DNA from: Candidatus Thalassarchaeaceae archaeon
Lineage (GTDB): Archaea; Thermoplasmatota; Poseidoniia; Poseidoniales; Thalassarchaeaceae
Assembly: GCA_045568115.1 (NCBI GenBank)
Contig: JBJLBO010000004.1
Location: forward strand, 66,809 to 130,808
Direction of reading: 5' to 3'
DNA: 64,000 nucleotides
Below the pieces are notes generated by a model. That model was not told where the DNA came from, did no database searches, and saw only the letters and a list, made by a program, of their open reading frames with translations. The position numbers were made by a program, and so were the translations under genes. This document shows positions 38,962 to 49,319 of this stretch, piece by piece; within the stretch, counting starts at the first letter, position 1; each line of letters opens with the position of its first letter.

Positions 38962-40047
38962 TTATCTAGTTCTTAATTTATCTAAATCAGAAAAGTCCAT
39001 ATTTTCGCCTTTCTCGACCCAATCTGATAATTTCATCAAAGGAGAGATTCTCAGAAGACCGAGATGGCGAGTGAACAAATAAAGAGTGGGATCAAATCTA
39101 CCAATAACCTGCTCTTGGAATTTAATCCTTACAGGTTCTGCGCGTGAACGGAAAAAGGAAATCTCTACTGCAACACCAATTATTGTAGCAGTATATAGAA
39201 CAAGTAATACAGTCAAAGAGAATATTACAGGGTCACCAAACATCTCACCACTTCGTAGTTCAGTTCCATAAAACAATTGCCGTGAAAGTAAGAATAGTAG
39301 CCCTACACCAACCCAAGGACCTAACATATCCTCAACAAATGTCCCCATAGGTAGCAAACGGCGATTAGCGGTATCAGCAAATACCATTGTACTCTGTGTT
39401 GCAGCCCGCAGAACAGAGATGAAAGCTACTAAAATCATGTATACCCCACTTGATAAAGCCAAAATAGACCTAGAATCGAATGGAAGGTACGAGACAATTA
39501 GAAAAGCGAATAATCCAAGAAAAGCAGTAATTGGCATCCTATTAATTGAGGAGAGAATAGGATCGGGGTTTTTCATCCCATCCTCTACGCGAGGAATTCC
39601 AATAATTTCCCATCGAGTAATCCCCTGGACAATTATTGCAATTCTAATCAATATTTGTTTCTCAATTAATAGCCATTCAAAAAACCAAATCACAGGCATC
39701 AATGGAATTGCAATTATTGCAGCAAAGAGACCCAAAAAAGGCCAAACAATTAATGCAGGCATTAGCAAAAAATGTTTTATTCGTAATGGGAAAAGTAAAT
39801 CTGATTCTATGCGTGATTGTCGTTCTGGATCAATATTTACCAATCTCGCTTCCTTATCTAATTCTTGACGGAATCTGCTTAATGGCAACCCAGCATCAAG
39901 AACACGTCTGACTTTCTCACGATAATGCTCATGTTCAGGTTCAACACCAGACCACCAACGCCAACCTATTGATAATGGAATGGCCAACAAGAGAGGTGTA
40001 ACTAATACAAGAATCGCAATCAAGAGCGACTCAAGGTAGGGGCTCAC
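38962..40047 (-). CDS. hypothetical polytopic membrane protein
   Basis: 361 aa, about 7 hydrophobic segments. Confidence 0.7.
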   Translation of the reverse strand: MSPYLESLLIAILVLVTPLLLAIPLSIGWRWWSGVEPEHEHYREKVRRVLDAGLPLSRFRQELDKEARLVNIDPERQSRIESDLLFPLRIKHFLLMPALIVWPFLGLFAAIIAIPLMPVIWFFEWLLIEKQILIRIAIIVQGITRWEIIGIPRVEDGMKNPDPILSSINRMPITAFLGLFAFLIVSYLPFDSRSILALSSGVYMILVAFISVLRAATQSTMVFADTANRRLLPMGTFVEDMLGPWVGVGLLFLLSRQLFYGTELRSGEMFGDPVIFSLTVLLVLYTATIIGVAVEISFFRSRAEPVRIKFQEQVIGRFDPTLYLFTRHLGLLRISPLMKLSDWVEKGENMDFSDLDKLRTR

Positions 40048-40175
40048 GGCCTAACCGCACTAATCAACATCAAGAAGGAAACGGTACAATTAGTACACAA
40101 AGCCTTGTTGACAGAGGTTATTGCAAGCTCCACAGATACCAAACTTGATACCTTACCCTATTCTAGGTAATTCTG

Positions 40176-40619
40176 ATGGAAGAATATTTGATAGCAGAAG
40201 CACATTGCGATGGACCTTGTGGAGTATATGACCCTGCGAGTGCTAGAATAGCAGCCGAGGCAGTACAATCGATGACCAAAAAAATGGTAGCATTAGAGAA
40301 TCCTATGTCGAATGGTAATGATGGACAATTTGTTGCTTATCTGAACACAATGTCTCGATATGCAGCAATTAAGGAAGAAGAAGCCCAGAAGTGTAAGGAC
40401 GAACTATTAGTCCTATGGACGGATTTCTTCAAGCCGCAACACCTTGAAGCTAATCCAAATCTTCATGATACATTCTGGCAAGCAGCTAAGTTGTGCAGTG
40501 CATGTAAAGTTGAGGTTTCAGAACAACACGCACAAGAACTGATGGATGCAGTTGAGGCAATCCACAACGTTTTCTGGGCAACTAAAGGTCGGGATGTTCC
40601 ATGGATTCGGGCTTCATGA
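40176..40619 (+). CDS. sodN: nickel superoxide dismutase precursor
   Basis: Ni-hook HCDGPCGVYDP after a 9-aa leader; LWTDFFK, SACK. Confidence 0.96.
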   Translation: MEEYLIAEAHCDGPCGVYDPASARIAAEAVQSMTKKMVALENPMSNGNDGQFVAYLNTMSRYAAIKEEEAQKCKDELLVLWTDFFKPQHLEANPNLHDTFWQAAKLCSACKVEVSEQHAQELMDAVEAIHNVFWATKGRDVPWIRAS

Positions 40620-40903
40620 AAGTAAAAGTCACTGGCAGCTCAATGTGGCCTACTTTAGTTGATGGCGAAATTGCTAAGTTTGAAAAAGAAGGAAATATTG
40701 ATTATTTAGAAGGACAAATAATTCTTGCAAAACATCCTTTGAAATCAGAATTACTAATGATAAAAAGAATTCACTCAATTAATGAGGAAGGAATCTTCCT
40801 AGTCGGGGATAATCCAGACCCTACTGCTAGCGAAGATAGTCATAACTTTGGCCGTATTAGCGAAAATGAAATCATTGGCAAATATGTAACAATTGAGACT
40901 TGA
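40616..40903 (+). CDS. sodX: NiSOD maturation protease (S26-like)
   Basis: GSSMWPTL, IKRI, GDN...SEDSHNFG; ATGA overlap with sodN. Confidence 0.92.
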   Translation: MKVKVTGSSMWPTLVDGEIAKFEKEGNIDYLEGQIILAKHPLKSELLMIKRIHSINEEGIFLVGDNPDPTASEDSHNFGRISENEIIGKYVTIET

Positions 40904-40943
40904 AGAGTGAAATATTGATGATGCGGATTACACTCAATGTCAC

Positions 40944-41909
40944 ATGGCGCGAATCGCTGTAACTGATGGGATGGATTCAAGGGCCATTCAGAACCTAGTA
41001 GAGATGGGGCATGAAGTAATAGAAAAGCACTATTCAAAGGAAGAACTAGAAAAAGGTGCTTTAGCCAAATTCGATGCCGTGGTTGTTAGAAGTGCAACGA
41101 AAATGACGTCAGAGGTCATAGCTGCCTCAGATGCTTTGACTTTTATTGGCAGAGGAGGAGTAGGGGTAGACAATATTGACATAGAGGCTGCAACAAGTCA
41201 TGAAATGGTTGTCTGCAACACTCCAAGGGCATCAACACATAGTGTAGTCGAGTTAACTATCGGGCACCTACTTACATCTTGCCGGCACATCACACGAGGC
41301 GACAGGGGGCTACGTTCTGGATTATGGGAAAAAAAATTACTTCGAGGGTCGGAACTTTCTGGGAAAAGATTGGGCTTTATTGGATTTGGAAGAATTGCAC
41401 AAGGTGTTGCTAATATTTCTAATGCGTTTGGTATGGAATGCCATGCATATGACCCCTACCTACCCAAAGAAATTGCAAAACAATTTAATTGTACACTCCA
41501 TGATGATGTTGATTCAATTTTTAGTTTATGCACACACATTACTATTCATTGCAACCTATCAGAGGAAACACATCATCTGGTAAATAAAGACCGAATTGAC
41601 ATGATGTCCGGTGTTGGAGCAGACGGTGTTACTTGTGGAAATCACATTGTTAATTGTGCACGAGGCGGTATTGTTGACGAAAATGCTGTGCTTTCTGCAT
41701 TAGAATCGGGTCAACTCATGACTGCCGCTCTCGATGTTTTTGAAGTAGAACCGGCCGGAAATAATCCTCTATTACAGCATCAGAATTTTCATGGGACACC
41801 GCATATTGGAGCAGCAACTGCTGAATCCCAATCGCGCATAGGTAGTGAAATGGTGACACTTCTGACAGATCATTTCGACGGTTTGAAACCACATTCTGCG
41901 CTTAATTGA
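40944..41909 (+). CDS. D-2-hydroxyacid dehydrogenase (phosphoglycerate dehydrogenase-like, no ACT domain)
   Basis: VRSATK, GVGVDNID, GFGRIA, NCARGG, ALDVFEVEP, TPHIGAAT. Confidence 0.88.
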   Translation: MARIAVTDGMDSRAIQNLVEMGHEVIEKHYSKEELEKGALAKFDAVVVRSATKMTSEVIAASDALTFIGRGGVGVDNIDIEAATSHEMVVCNTPRASTHSVVELTIGHLLTSCRHITRGDRGLRSGLWEKKLLRGSELSGKRLGFIGFGRIAQGVANISNAFGMECHAYDPYLPKEIAKQFNCTLHDDVDSIFSLCTHITIHCNLSEETHHLVNKDRIDMMSGVGADGVTCGNHIVNCARGGIVDENAVLSALESGQLMTAALDVFEVEPAGNNPLLQHQNFHGTPHIGAATAESQSRIGSEMVTLLTDHFDGLKPHSALN

Positions 41910-41947
41910 ACGCTGTACTTTATTGCCTAAACCCGTATTTCAACACG

Positions 41948-42935
41948 ATGAGGGCTTTCGTCACAGGGGCTACTGGCCACGTCGGCGGGAATCTAGTAAG
42001 AGAATTGCTTGATCGTGACTACGATGTAAAGTGTCTAGTTCGCTCAGACATTCGTGCTCTTGAAAATTTAGACGTGAACCTCGTCAAAGGAGACCTTCTA
42101 GATAGTAATTCATTGCAACCACTAATGAGTGACTGTGATGTCGTTTTTCACGCAGCCGCATTCGTCGCGGTCGAGAAAGTCCAAGAAGAACTAATGCGAA
42201 AAATCAACGTCGGCGGCAGCACCGCTGTAGCCAATGCCGCCGTAGAAGCTGGAGTCCCCAAGATGATTCATTTCTCGAGCGTCCACGCCTTCAGCCAACA
42301 CCCAACAAATCAACCCCTCACAGAAGACCGGTCCACTAGTCACCGACCCAAAGGCCGCCCCCTACGACCGAACCAAAGCTGAAGCCCAAAGGGCTGTTCT
42401 CTCGCACAGAGAACAAGGACTACACATCAACATAGTTCACCCCACAGGAATAATCGGCCCTCAAGATTTCAAGCCCAGTAGAATGGGCAAAGTTTTGACG
42501 GACATCGCCAATGGATCAATGCCATTCGCCCTCAATAACGGTTTCAACTGGGTCGATGTCCGAGATGTCTGTCGCAGTGCTGCGAATTGCGTCGATTCCG
42601 GCAAAGATGGCCAACACTACTTACTTCCTGGAACCTGGGCGTCGATGCCCGATTTATCACACATGGTGAGGAAAGTAATTGGGCGGAGAACCCACATTGC
42701 CACACTTCCATTCTGGACTGCATACCTCGCTCTACCTTTCGCAGCCCTATCATCCTCAATCACAGGCAAGAGACCTTCATTCAGCAGGGGGAGCCTTCAT
42801 GCACTTGCCGTCCAGTGCAGGGATATTCCAGGGGACCTCGCTCGAGATCAAATTGACCACAAATCAAGACCTCTCGAACAAACAATATTTGATTCTGTTA
42901 ATTGGTTGAAGGAACATGGACAGGTAAGGATCTAA
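41948..42935 (+). CDS. extended SDR (3beta-HSD / dihydroflavonol reductase / HpnA-like), one +1 frameshift near 42330
   Basis: TGATGHVG, VFHAAA, SSVHA; after the shift, YDRTK (YxxxK), HPTGIIGP, WVDVRDV. Removing 1 nt gives 329 codons. Confidence 0.85.
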
Positions 42936-43717
42936 TGCGACAAGAACTGCAATTTCTATTTGTCAGCGAATCGGATTATCGATTGATATCGTTATTTTGG
43001 ATTGGTCTCGCAATTGCAGTTCTTGTCACTTTGTTATTCTTCCGCGCGCCTTACGGACGGCATGAAAGAAAGGGTTGGGGCGTAAGGATTTCAGCCAGAA
43101 CTGGTTGGGTTCTTATGGAAACGATTCCAGCCGTCTTCCTTTCTGTGATGCTTATACTTGGTTCAAACAGAGAACCTGTCATCTGGCTATTCTGGGCAGC
43201 GTGGACTGGTCACTACATCAACAGGGCTTGGGATTGGCCTACACGCGCTCGTATTTCAGGTAAGATGATGCCACTTAGTATCGTCTTCATGGGCCTATTC
43301 TTCAATGGTGTCAACACATGGTTGAATGGAATTTGGTTATTTGAGTTAGCACCAAATTATGGTCTCGAGTGGATGATGGATCCTCGATTCATTATTGGTG
43401 CTATAATTTTCTTTACCGGTATGATCATCAACATCAAATCAGACAATATTCTCTTTGCTCTACGCGATGATGGTTCTACAGGATACAAAATCCCGAGAGG
43501 GGGGTTATTCGATAAGGTGTCATGCCCAAATTATCTTGGAGAAATCATCGAATGGACTGGTTGGGCAATCGCTACTTGGTCGCTTGCAGGTGCGACATTT
43601 GCAATATGGACAATGTGTAATCTCGCCCCACGTGCGATTTCCCATCATAAATGGTACAAAGAAGAATTTAGTGACTATCCTAGGGACAGGAAGGCACTAA
43701 TCCCTTGGATTCTATAA
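42935..43717 (+). CDS. steroid 5-alpha-reductase (SRD5A/DET2)-like membrane reductase
   Basis: APYGRH, GWVLME, HYINR, SDNIL..LR, YKIPRGGLF..VSCPNYLGEIIEW, NLAPRA..HHKWY, YP..RKALIP; TAATG overlap with the SDR. Confidence 0.9.
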   Translation: MRQELQFLFVSESDYRLISLFWIGLAIAVLVTLLFFRAPYGRHERKGWGVRISARTGWVLMETIPAVFLSVMLILGSNREPVIWLFWAAWTGHYINRAWDWPTRARISGKMMPLSIVFMGLFFNGVNTWLNGIWLFELAPNYGLEWMMDPRFIIGAIIFFTGMIINIKSDNILFALRDDGSTGYKIPRGGLFDKVSCPNYLGEIIEWTGWAIATWSLAGATFAIWTMCNLAPRAISHHKWYKEEFSDYPRDRKALIPWIL

Positions 43718-46213
43718 TCAAACGATTTTATGCATTCTTACTAATGAATCCGAGAGTAATGAAATTTCATCTGGTATTAATATATTAGAGATTTCTGAAT
43801 TTAATGAAATCCCAATTTCTTTCTTTTGTCGCCAGACATTCGAATTAAATTCCATTATTGAATCAGAAAGAGACATCCATCCATCCATATCTAAATCATC
43901 AGTAATTTTCTTCTTCAGCCTAGGGAAATTTTCAATTTCTGTTGAAGATTTACCATATAATGTAGTAGATAGATGATGAGTGAAGAATGGGCATATCGGG
44001 GAAAAGGTGGTTAATGTGTCGCGGACAATACGATGTATTGTCCAAGCAGCAGCAGCATCATCTTCGTAAAGTCTAGATTTCACCATTTCAAGCCAATGAC
44101 TAGGGAATATTCCGGTAGAGAAATTTTTGATTGATTGCGCAGCATTGTAGATGTCAATATTTTTCCATGATTTTTCGACATTGACCATCATGCTATTGAA
44201 CTCGGAGAGAATCCATTTGTCTTCGGGGTGTAATTCCTCAGAGAGAGTCTCAAGATCATCAGGTACTTCGAACTGACTAGCAAACCTAGCCACATTGAAT
44301 ATTTTTGTAAGAACACCGAAATATTTCTGCTCAATCTCTTCAGGGTTAATATGGAAATCATCACCAACTTGCGCGTCACAGGCTTTCCATAATCTGAAAC
44401 ATTCTGAACCTATTTTATTCGCCTTCAATTGTACTGATTTATCTGGCCCTCGAATCTTCCAAGAACCAGTTCTACCTTGAGCTCCGCATTCGAGAACCGA
44501 ATCAGCATCGATTCCGTTACCTAGAGATTTGGACATTTTCCGACCCCATGGATCCATACCTAAACCATCAATCCAAATATGTTCAAATCCAGGCTTATCA
44601 AGAAGAAGAGTACTCTTGAGTAAAGTGTAATACAGCCAAGTCCGAACAATCTCTTTTCCTTGAGGGCGGATGCCAGTAGGGAAAGATTTGGAAAATACTT
44701 CATCATCATCCAGATACCCTGAAACAAATAGATTAGAATTAGAAGAATCCATCCAAGTATCAAACACCTTTTCCTCACCTATAATATCACCAATAGAATC
44801 TTTCAAATCATCCCAAGAACCGACGTCCTCACGAGAGGCGCGATTCAATACTCTGCTACCTGAGGGAGGAGATTGCCTCCATGGTTGAACATAGACGCCA
44901 GATGGAGGTACAATAACACACATATCGTCAGCAGAGTACCATATTGGCACCTCAGTATGGTACCAACGTCGCCTACTGATTGGCCAATCAATACTGATAT
45001 TATCCATCCAATCAATGAGGTACTGTTTGTTTCGAGGGGGATGAAATTGGATAAGGTCAACTAATTCTTTCATTCGGTCTTGAATATGAGTTTGACGCAC
45101 ATACCATTCCTTTAAGAGAATAATTTCTACAGGATTTTTTCCCCGCTCACTTACAGGAACTTCCTGTTCTTTTTCGACTATCGAAGTTATCCTTTCATCT
45201 TCTTGAAGGTCTTCTATAACCTTCGCGCGAGCATCATTCACTGAAAGTCCACAATATGGACCAGAAACCTCAGTCATACACCCATCTAAATCAATTGCTT
45301 GAAATGGTGCTAACCCTAATTCTCGGAACACAGCAACATCATTTTGATCACCGTATGAACAAACCATTAGTACGCCAGAGCCAAACTCTGATTTCACGGA
45401 ATGATGAGTTGCTATTTCAACAGATTTTGAACGTCCAGAAGTTTGGACGGGGAGATGAATTTTCTTACCGACCAAATGTTTGTATCGTTCATCATCCGGA
45501 TGAACTACAACAATACCACAGGCACAAATTAACTCCGGGCGAGTTGTCGAAATGATAACTTCATGACCGTCTTCAGTACTCCATTTAACATCGATAAGTT
45601 GTGTTTTCCGTTGCAATCTTTCAACTTCGGCATCAGCTATTGTTGTCCCTTCGACGGGATCATAAATATTAGGACGCAGGTCCTCAACAATGTCACCGCG
45701 CTTGAATAAATCCACAAAAATTGATTGAGATACACCTCTATATTCGGGGGAATCAGTGAGATACTCTTTATCGAAATCACAAGATAGTCCCACTCGTGCA
45801 GCAGTATTTCTCATCGCCTGTGTATACTCTTCAATAGTTTCTTTGCATAACTCGAGGAACTCCGCACGATCATAGGTTTTCATTTTCCGCCCAGTGTTTT
45901 TCTCAACAGTGAATTCGATATTGATTCCATTTCTATCAACGCCCCAAGGAAAATATACTTCTTTACCGAGTAAACGCTGGCTACGAGCAATTACATCAAT
46001 CATCGAATATTGAGCGACGGCTCCAATATGCCATGTTCCACTTGGATAGGGAGGGGGAGTATCTACAACAAAAATTTCTTTGCCTGAATTTGGATTGAAT
46101 GAATAACGCTTTGAGTAAACATCTGAATCTGCATAATGCTCCTCTTGAATACGCTTTTCAAGATCAATTGTCCATCTCTTTTCATCAATGGTAGGTTTTC
46201 CCATAATGTCCAC
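43718..46213 (-). CDS. valS: valyl-tRNA synthetase (archaeal type)
   Basis: DTPPPYPSG.WHIG, TTRPEL, DWPISRRR, FDTWMDSS, KMSKSLGN. Confidence 0.95.
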   Translation of the reverse strand: MDIMGKPTIDEKRWTIDLEKRIQEEHYADSDVYSKRYSFNPNSGKEIFVVDTPPPYPSGTWHIGAVAQYSMIDVIARSQRLLGKEVYFPWGVDRNGINIEFTVEKNTGRKMKTYDRAEFLELCKETIEEYTQAMRNTAARVGLSCDFDKEYLTDSPEYRGVSQSIFVDLFKRGDIVEDLRPNIYDPVEGTTIADAEVERLQRKTQLIDVKWSTEDGHEVIISTTRPELICACGIVVVHPDDERYKHLVGKKIHLPVQTSGRSKSVEIATHHSVKSEFGSGVLMVCSYGDQNDVAVFRELGLAPFQAIDLDGCMTEVSGPYCGLSVNDARAKVIEDLQEDERITSIVEKEQEVPVSERGKNPVEIILLKEWYVRQTHIQDRMKELVDLIQFHPPRNKQYLIDWMDNISIDWPISRRRWYHTEVPIWYSADDMCVIVPPSGVYVQPWRQSPPSGSRVLNRASREDVGSWDDLKDSIGDIIGEEKVFDTWMDSSNSNLFVSGYLDDDEVFSKSFPTGIRPQGKEIVRTWLYYTLLKSTLLLDKPGFEHIWIDGLGMDPWGRKMSKSLGNGIDADSVLECGAQGRTGSWKIRGPDKSVQLKANKIGSECFRLWKACDAQVGDDFHINPEEIEQKYFGVLTKIFNVARFASQFEVPDDLETLSEELHPEDKWILSEFNSMMVNVEKSWKNIDIYNAAQSIKNFSTGIFPSHWLEMVKSRLYEDDAAAAWTIHRIVRDTLTTFSPICPFFTHHLSTTLYGKSSTEIENFPRLKKKITDDLDMDGWMSLSDSIMEFNSNVWRQKKEIGISLNSEISNILIPDEISLLSDSLVRMHKIV

Positions 46214-46305
46214 CAGCGTTTAGGATATGTCTGCGGCTAATACACTTCATTCTTGACCGTTCCCGCTAAAGACGCACCCTCACTAATGTTATTGGAATCT
46301 AAACT

Positions 46306-49300
46306 ATGTTCCGTCGGGTTCAAGTCCCGACTGTATGCACAACCATGTTAGGTGATGGCGTGAGCGGTATCGGCGATGAGGACGATAAAGGCAACATCGC
46401 CCAGAAAGTTATGGGTAAGGCTAAATCAATTGTTAGTGGTGCTGTAACCAACATAGATGGGCATGATAAGGATTTTTTACGAACTAAATCAAGAGTTATG
46501 AAAAATAAATTCAGTAGGATTTCAGCACGAATGGATGCGACAGAGTTGCTAACAAAATTCCCAGCATTTACTGTGGTTTTATGTCTTGTAGTTACTGGAT
46601 TTTTCTCAATAGAATCTGGAATAATAGATTGTAGAGATGGATTTTGCCCATTCCCTGATAAAGAACCTTCAATGAATGTCAATGGGGATTTGGAAGTTTA
46701 TCTTCCTCAAGATTCCCCTATCTCTGCACTACTTGCAGATGTTCAACTAGATTGGACTACAAATGTCATGGTAATTTATGTTGAATCTGAAAATGGTAAT
46801 GTTACGGCTGTAGATGATCCAAAAACCCCTGAAGTTAATGATGGCGTCCTTAAACAGATAGACAAGGTGGAAAACAAAATCAACCCGAATAGGGACGATG
46901 GTGGAGTAGATAACGTAATTTATGTTCTTTCAATTTCGACTGTTGTTAAGGAAGTTAATTCCAGTGCTGGACGAGTTGCGATCTCATTCGGTTCTGCAAT
47001 TTCGGAAGCAATAGGTGACGATACAATTTCTGAGATGATTAATGAATCAGTAAATGAAAATCCTGACCTTGTGGGAAATTACGCAATTCCCGATGAACAA
47101 GATAGAGTTGATCGGATACTACGTGAACTGCCACAAAATGCTCTAGACAAATTAGTTAGAGATGTAGGCAGAGCAGGTGTAGCAGAACAAGCAAATTATT
47201 GGAATAGAGCAGTAATAATTATTGGAATATCGGATGAATTAAAAAATGAGTCAGGCACTACACTTTCTATATCTCAATTGATTGAGCAAACTCAAAATGA
47301 TATCAATCAAATAGCGGAAGATAATGATTGGGAATCAAAGAACCTGACAATGACACTGACAGGACCTGTTCCAATCACAAATGCAGTAACAGAAGAGTCA
47401 TTCAATCTATTCTGGACGGTGTTCCCTGTAGGAGTAATACTGGTCGCATTTGGTTTATTTTTATTCCATTGTGACCTGTTACAAACTGGCCGTATTAGAT
47501 TTGTTCAAGGGATAAAAGTAGTCATAATTTCAGGCTTACCTACTCTTTGCTCGGTATGGATTACTATGGGAATAATTGGTTGGACTGACTATGAAGTAAC
47601 CATGACTGTAATTATAGTTGGACCTATTATCCTTGCTTTAGGCGTATCTTATGGACTCCATATTACCAATCGCTATGCTGAAGCAAAAGGAACACCTCAA
47701 GAAAAAATGAAAATAGCTCTTTCATCAACAGGAAGGGCTGTATTACTTTCAGCTGTAACTACAGTGATTGGATTTATTTCTCTAGTCACCACTCCTATGG
47801 CTCCTATACAAACAGTAGGATATTCACTTGCAATGGGAATTGTTGTTGTATATATTATGACTATGGTAATGGTGCCCAACCTGACAATGTTACTAGATCT
47901 GAAAAAACCGTCTCACCCCCCCCCTGAAATCTTCGTTAAGGCTGTTACATTTCCAATAAACTGGACAAAAGTAACTATTGCAGTATTTATCAGTTTGATG
48001 TTAATTTCTTCTGTTTATAGCCGAGAACAAGTAGAAGAGAATATTGATCTTCTTGACATGGCACCTCAGAATGTTGAAGCAGTAGCGAAGATGAAAACTT
48101 ATTCAGATGAATTTGAGGCTGGGCAACCAGGATTCTTATTGATAGAAGAAGACGTTAGTGCTTCTGCAGAATTATTGAGTTCCAATTTCCAAGACATGAA
48201 TGACCCCTATGAGAACCTCAAAGGGATAGAAGATTTAGAAGAAAAATGCAACACAATAAATCAGACTACTGCGGTATCTATTGTGTTTCTAATGAAAGCA
48301 GTTGCAGTAGGTGTGAACATTTCTGGCGATTCAATTAATGATCCAATCCAAGAGAATGAAATAATTCCAGACGAAATTAAAGATGTGGCTGATATTGTAT
48401 TCAACAGAGAAGCATCTGGGAACGGGTCATTTTGGTGGGCTCTTTCTGTACTTGATCAACAACCATCAGGAGGAGTCCAGGAACAAAACTTCCTAATTAA
48501 CGTATTTTACAACAGTATGACTAAAGAAATGAGAGAATTTTTCATATCGGAAAATTATAAGAGAAGTTTAATCTACATAGATATGCCATTCATGGATGTA
48601 CAAAGAACAGAAGCAGCAGTAAATATGGTCAATTCATTTGCCGGCGATGGAAGTTCTGTAGATGTTAAAGATGATACTTTAGTTGGTGTTGCAGCTGTAA
48701 CAATAGAAGTCAACGAATTGATTGTTAAATCCCAATGGAATTCTCTCGGCTTCGCTCTTTTATTCACTGTTTTTACCCTAGGGCTTGTGTTCAGTTCAGC
48801 TAAATATGCCATATTAACAACTCTACCTGTCGCATTCACGGTTTTCATGCAATGGTTAGTCATGGATATGAATGATACGAGTCTCTCTTTAGTTACTGTA
48901 ATGATTGGTTCAATACTTGTGGGCGTAGGTGTTGATTTCTCAATTCACATTGCTAATCGGGTCCGTGAATTGGGAGGTTCCTTAGACGCAATTAGAATAG
49001 CGTGCGCTAGTACTGGGATGAGTCTATTTGAGGCTGCAACGGTTACTGCATTAGGGATGACTTGCGCATATCTAATCGACATTCCTGCAATAGTACCTTT
49101 CGTTACTGTGATCATTATTCTATTGGTATTAGCGGCCATATCTGCATTATTTTTGCTACCAGCAATCTATTCTTTACTCGTTAAAGCTAACATCTCATTA
49201 TCAGGTGGTTCATCTTCAATGGCTAGAGCCGCAGGACTTAGAAGAACATTAACTAGAGAAGAAGATGGATTAATTGATGCTACCCTTGTTATGGAAAATG

Positions 49301-49317
49301 TAGGAGAGGCTTGGTGA
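46306..49317 (+). CDS. MMPL/RND-superfamily exporter
   Basis: Two repeats of TM + large external loop + 5 TM; LGVSYGLH, GVGVDFSIH, STGRAVLLSA. Confidence 0.88.
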   Translation: MFRRVQVPTVCTTMLGDGVSGIGDEDDKGNIAQKVMGKAKSIVSGAVTNIDGHDKDFLRTKSRVMKNKFSRISARMDATELLTKFPAFTVVLCLVVTGFFSIESGIIDCRDGFCPFPDKEPSMNVNGDLEVYLPQDSPISALLADVQLDWTTNVMVIYVESENGNVTAVDDPKTPEVNDGVLKQIDKVENKINPNRDDGGVDNVIYVLSISTVVKEVNSSAGRVAISFGSAISEAIGDDTISEMINESVNENPDLVGNYAIPDEQDRVDRILRELPQNALDKLVRDVGRAGVAEQANYWNRAVIIIGISDELKNESGTTLSISQLIEQTQNDINQIAEDNDWESKNLTMTLTGPVPITNAVTEESFNLFWTVFPVGVILVAFGLFLFHCDLLQTGRIRFVQGIKVVIISGLPTLCSVWITMGIIGWTDYEVTMTVIIVGPIILALGVSYGLHITNRYAEAKGTPQEKMKIALSSTGRAVLLSAVTTVIGFISLVTTPMAPIQTVGYSLAMGIVVVYIMTMVMVPNLTMLLDLKKPSHPPPEIFVKAVTFPINWTKVTIAVFISLMLISSVYSREQVEENIDLLDMAPQNVEAVAKMKTYSDEFEAGQPGFLLIEEDVSASAELLSSNFQDMNDPYENLKGIEDLEEKCNTINQTTAVSIVFLMKAVAVGVNISGDSINDPIQENEIIPDEIKDVADIVFNREASGNGSFWWALSVLDQQPSGGVQEQNFLINVFYNSMTKEMREFFISENYKRSLIYIDMPFMDVQRTEAAVNMVNSFAGDGSSVDVKDDTLVGVAAVTIEVNELIVKSQWNSLGFALLFTVFTLGLVFSSAKYAILTTLPVAFTVFMQWLVMDMNDTSLSLVTVMIGSILVGVGVDFSIHIANRVRELGGSLDAIRIACASTGMSLFEAATVTALGMTCAYLIDIPAIVPFVTVIIILLVLAAISALFLLPAIYSLLVKANISLSGGSSSMARAAGLRRTLTREEDGLIDATLVMENVGEAW

Positions 49318-49319
49318 AG

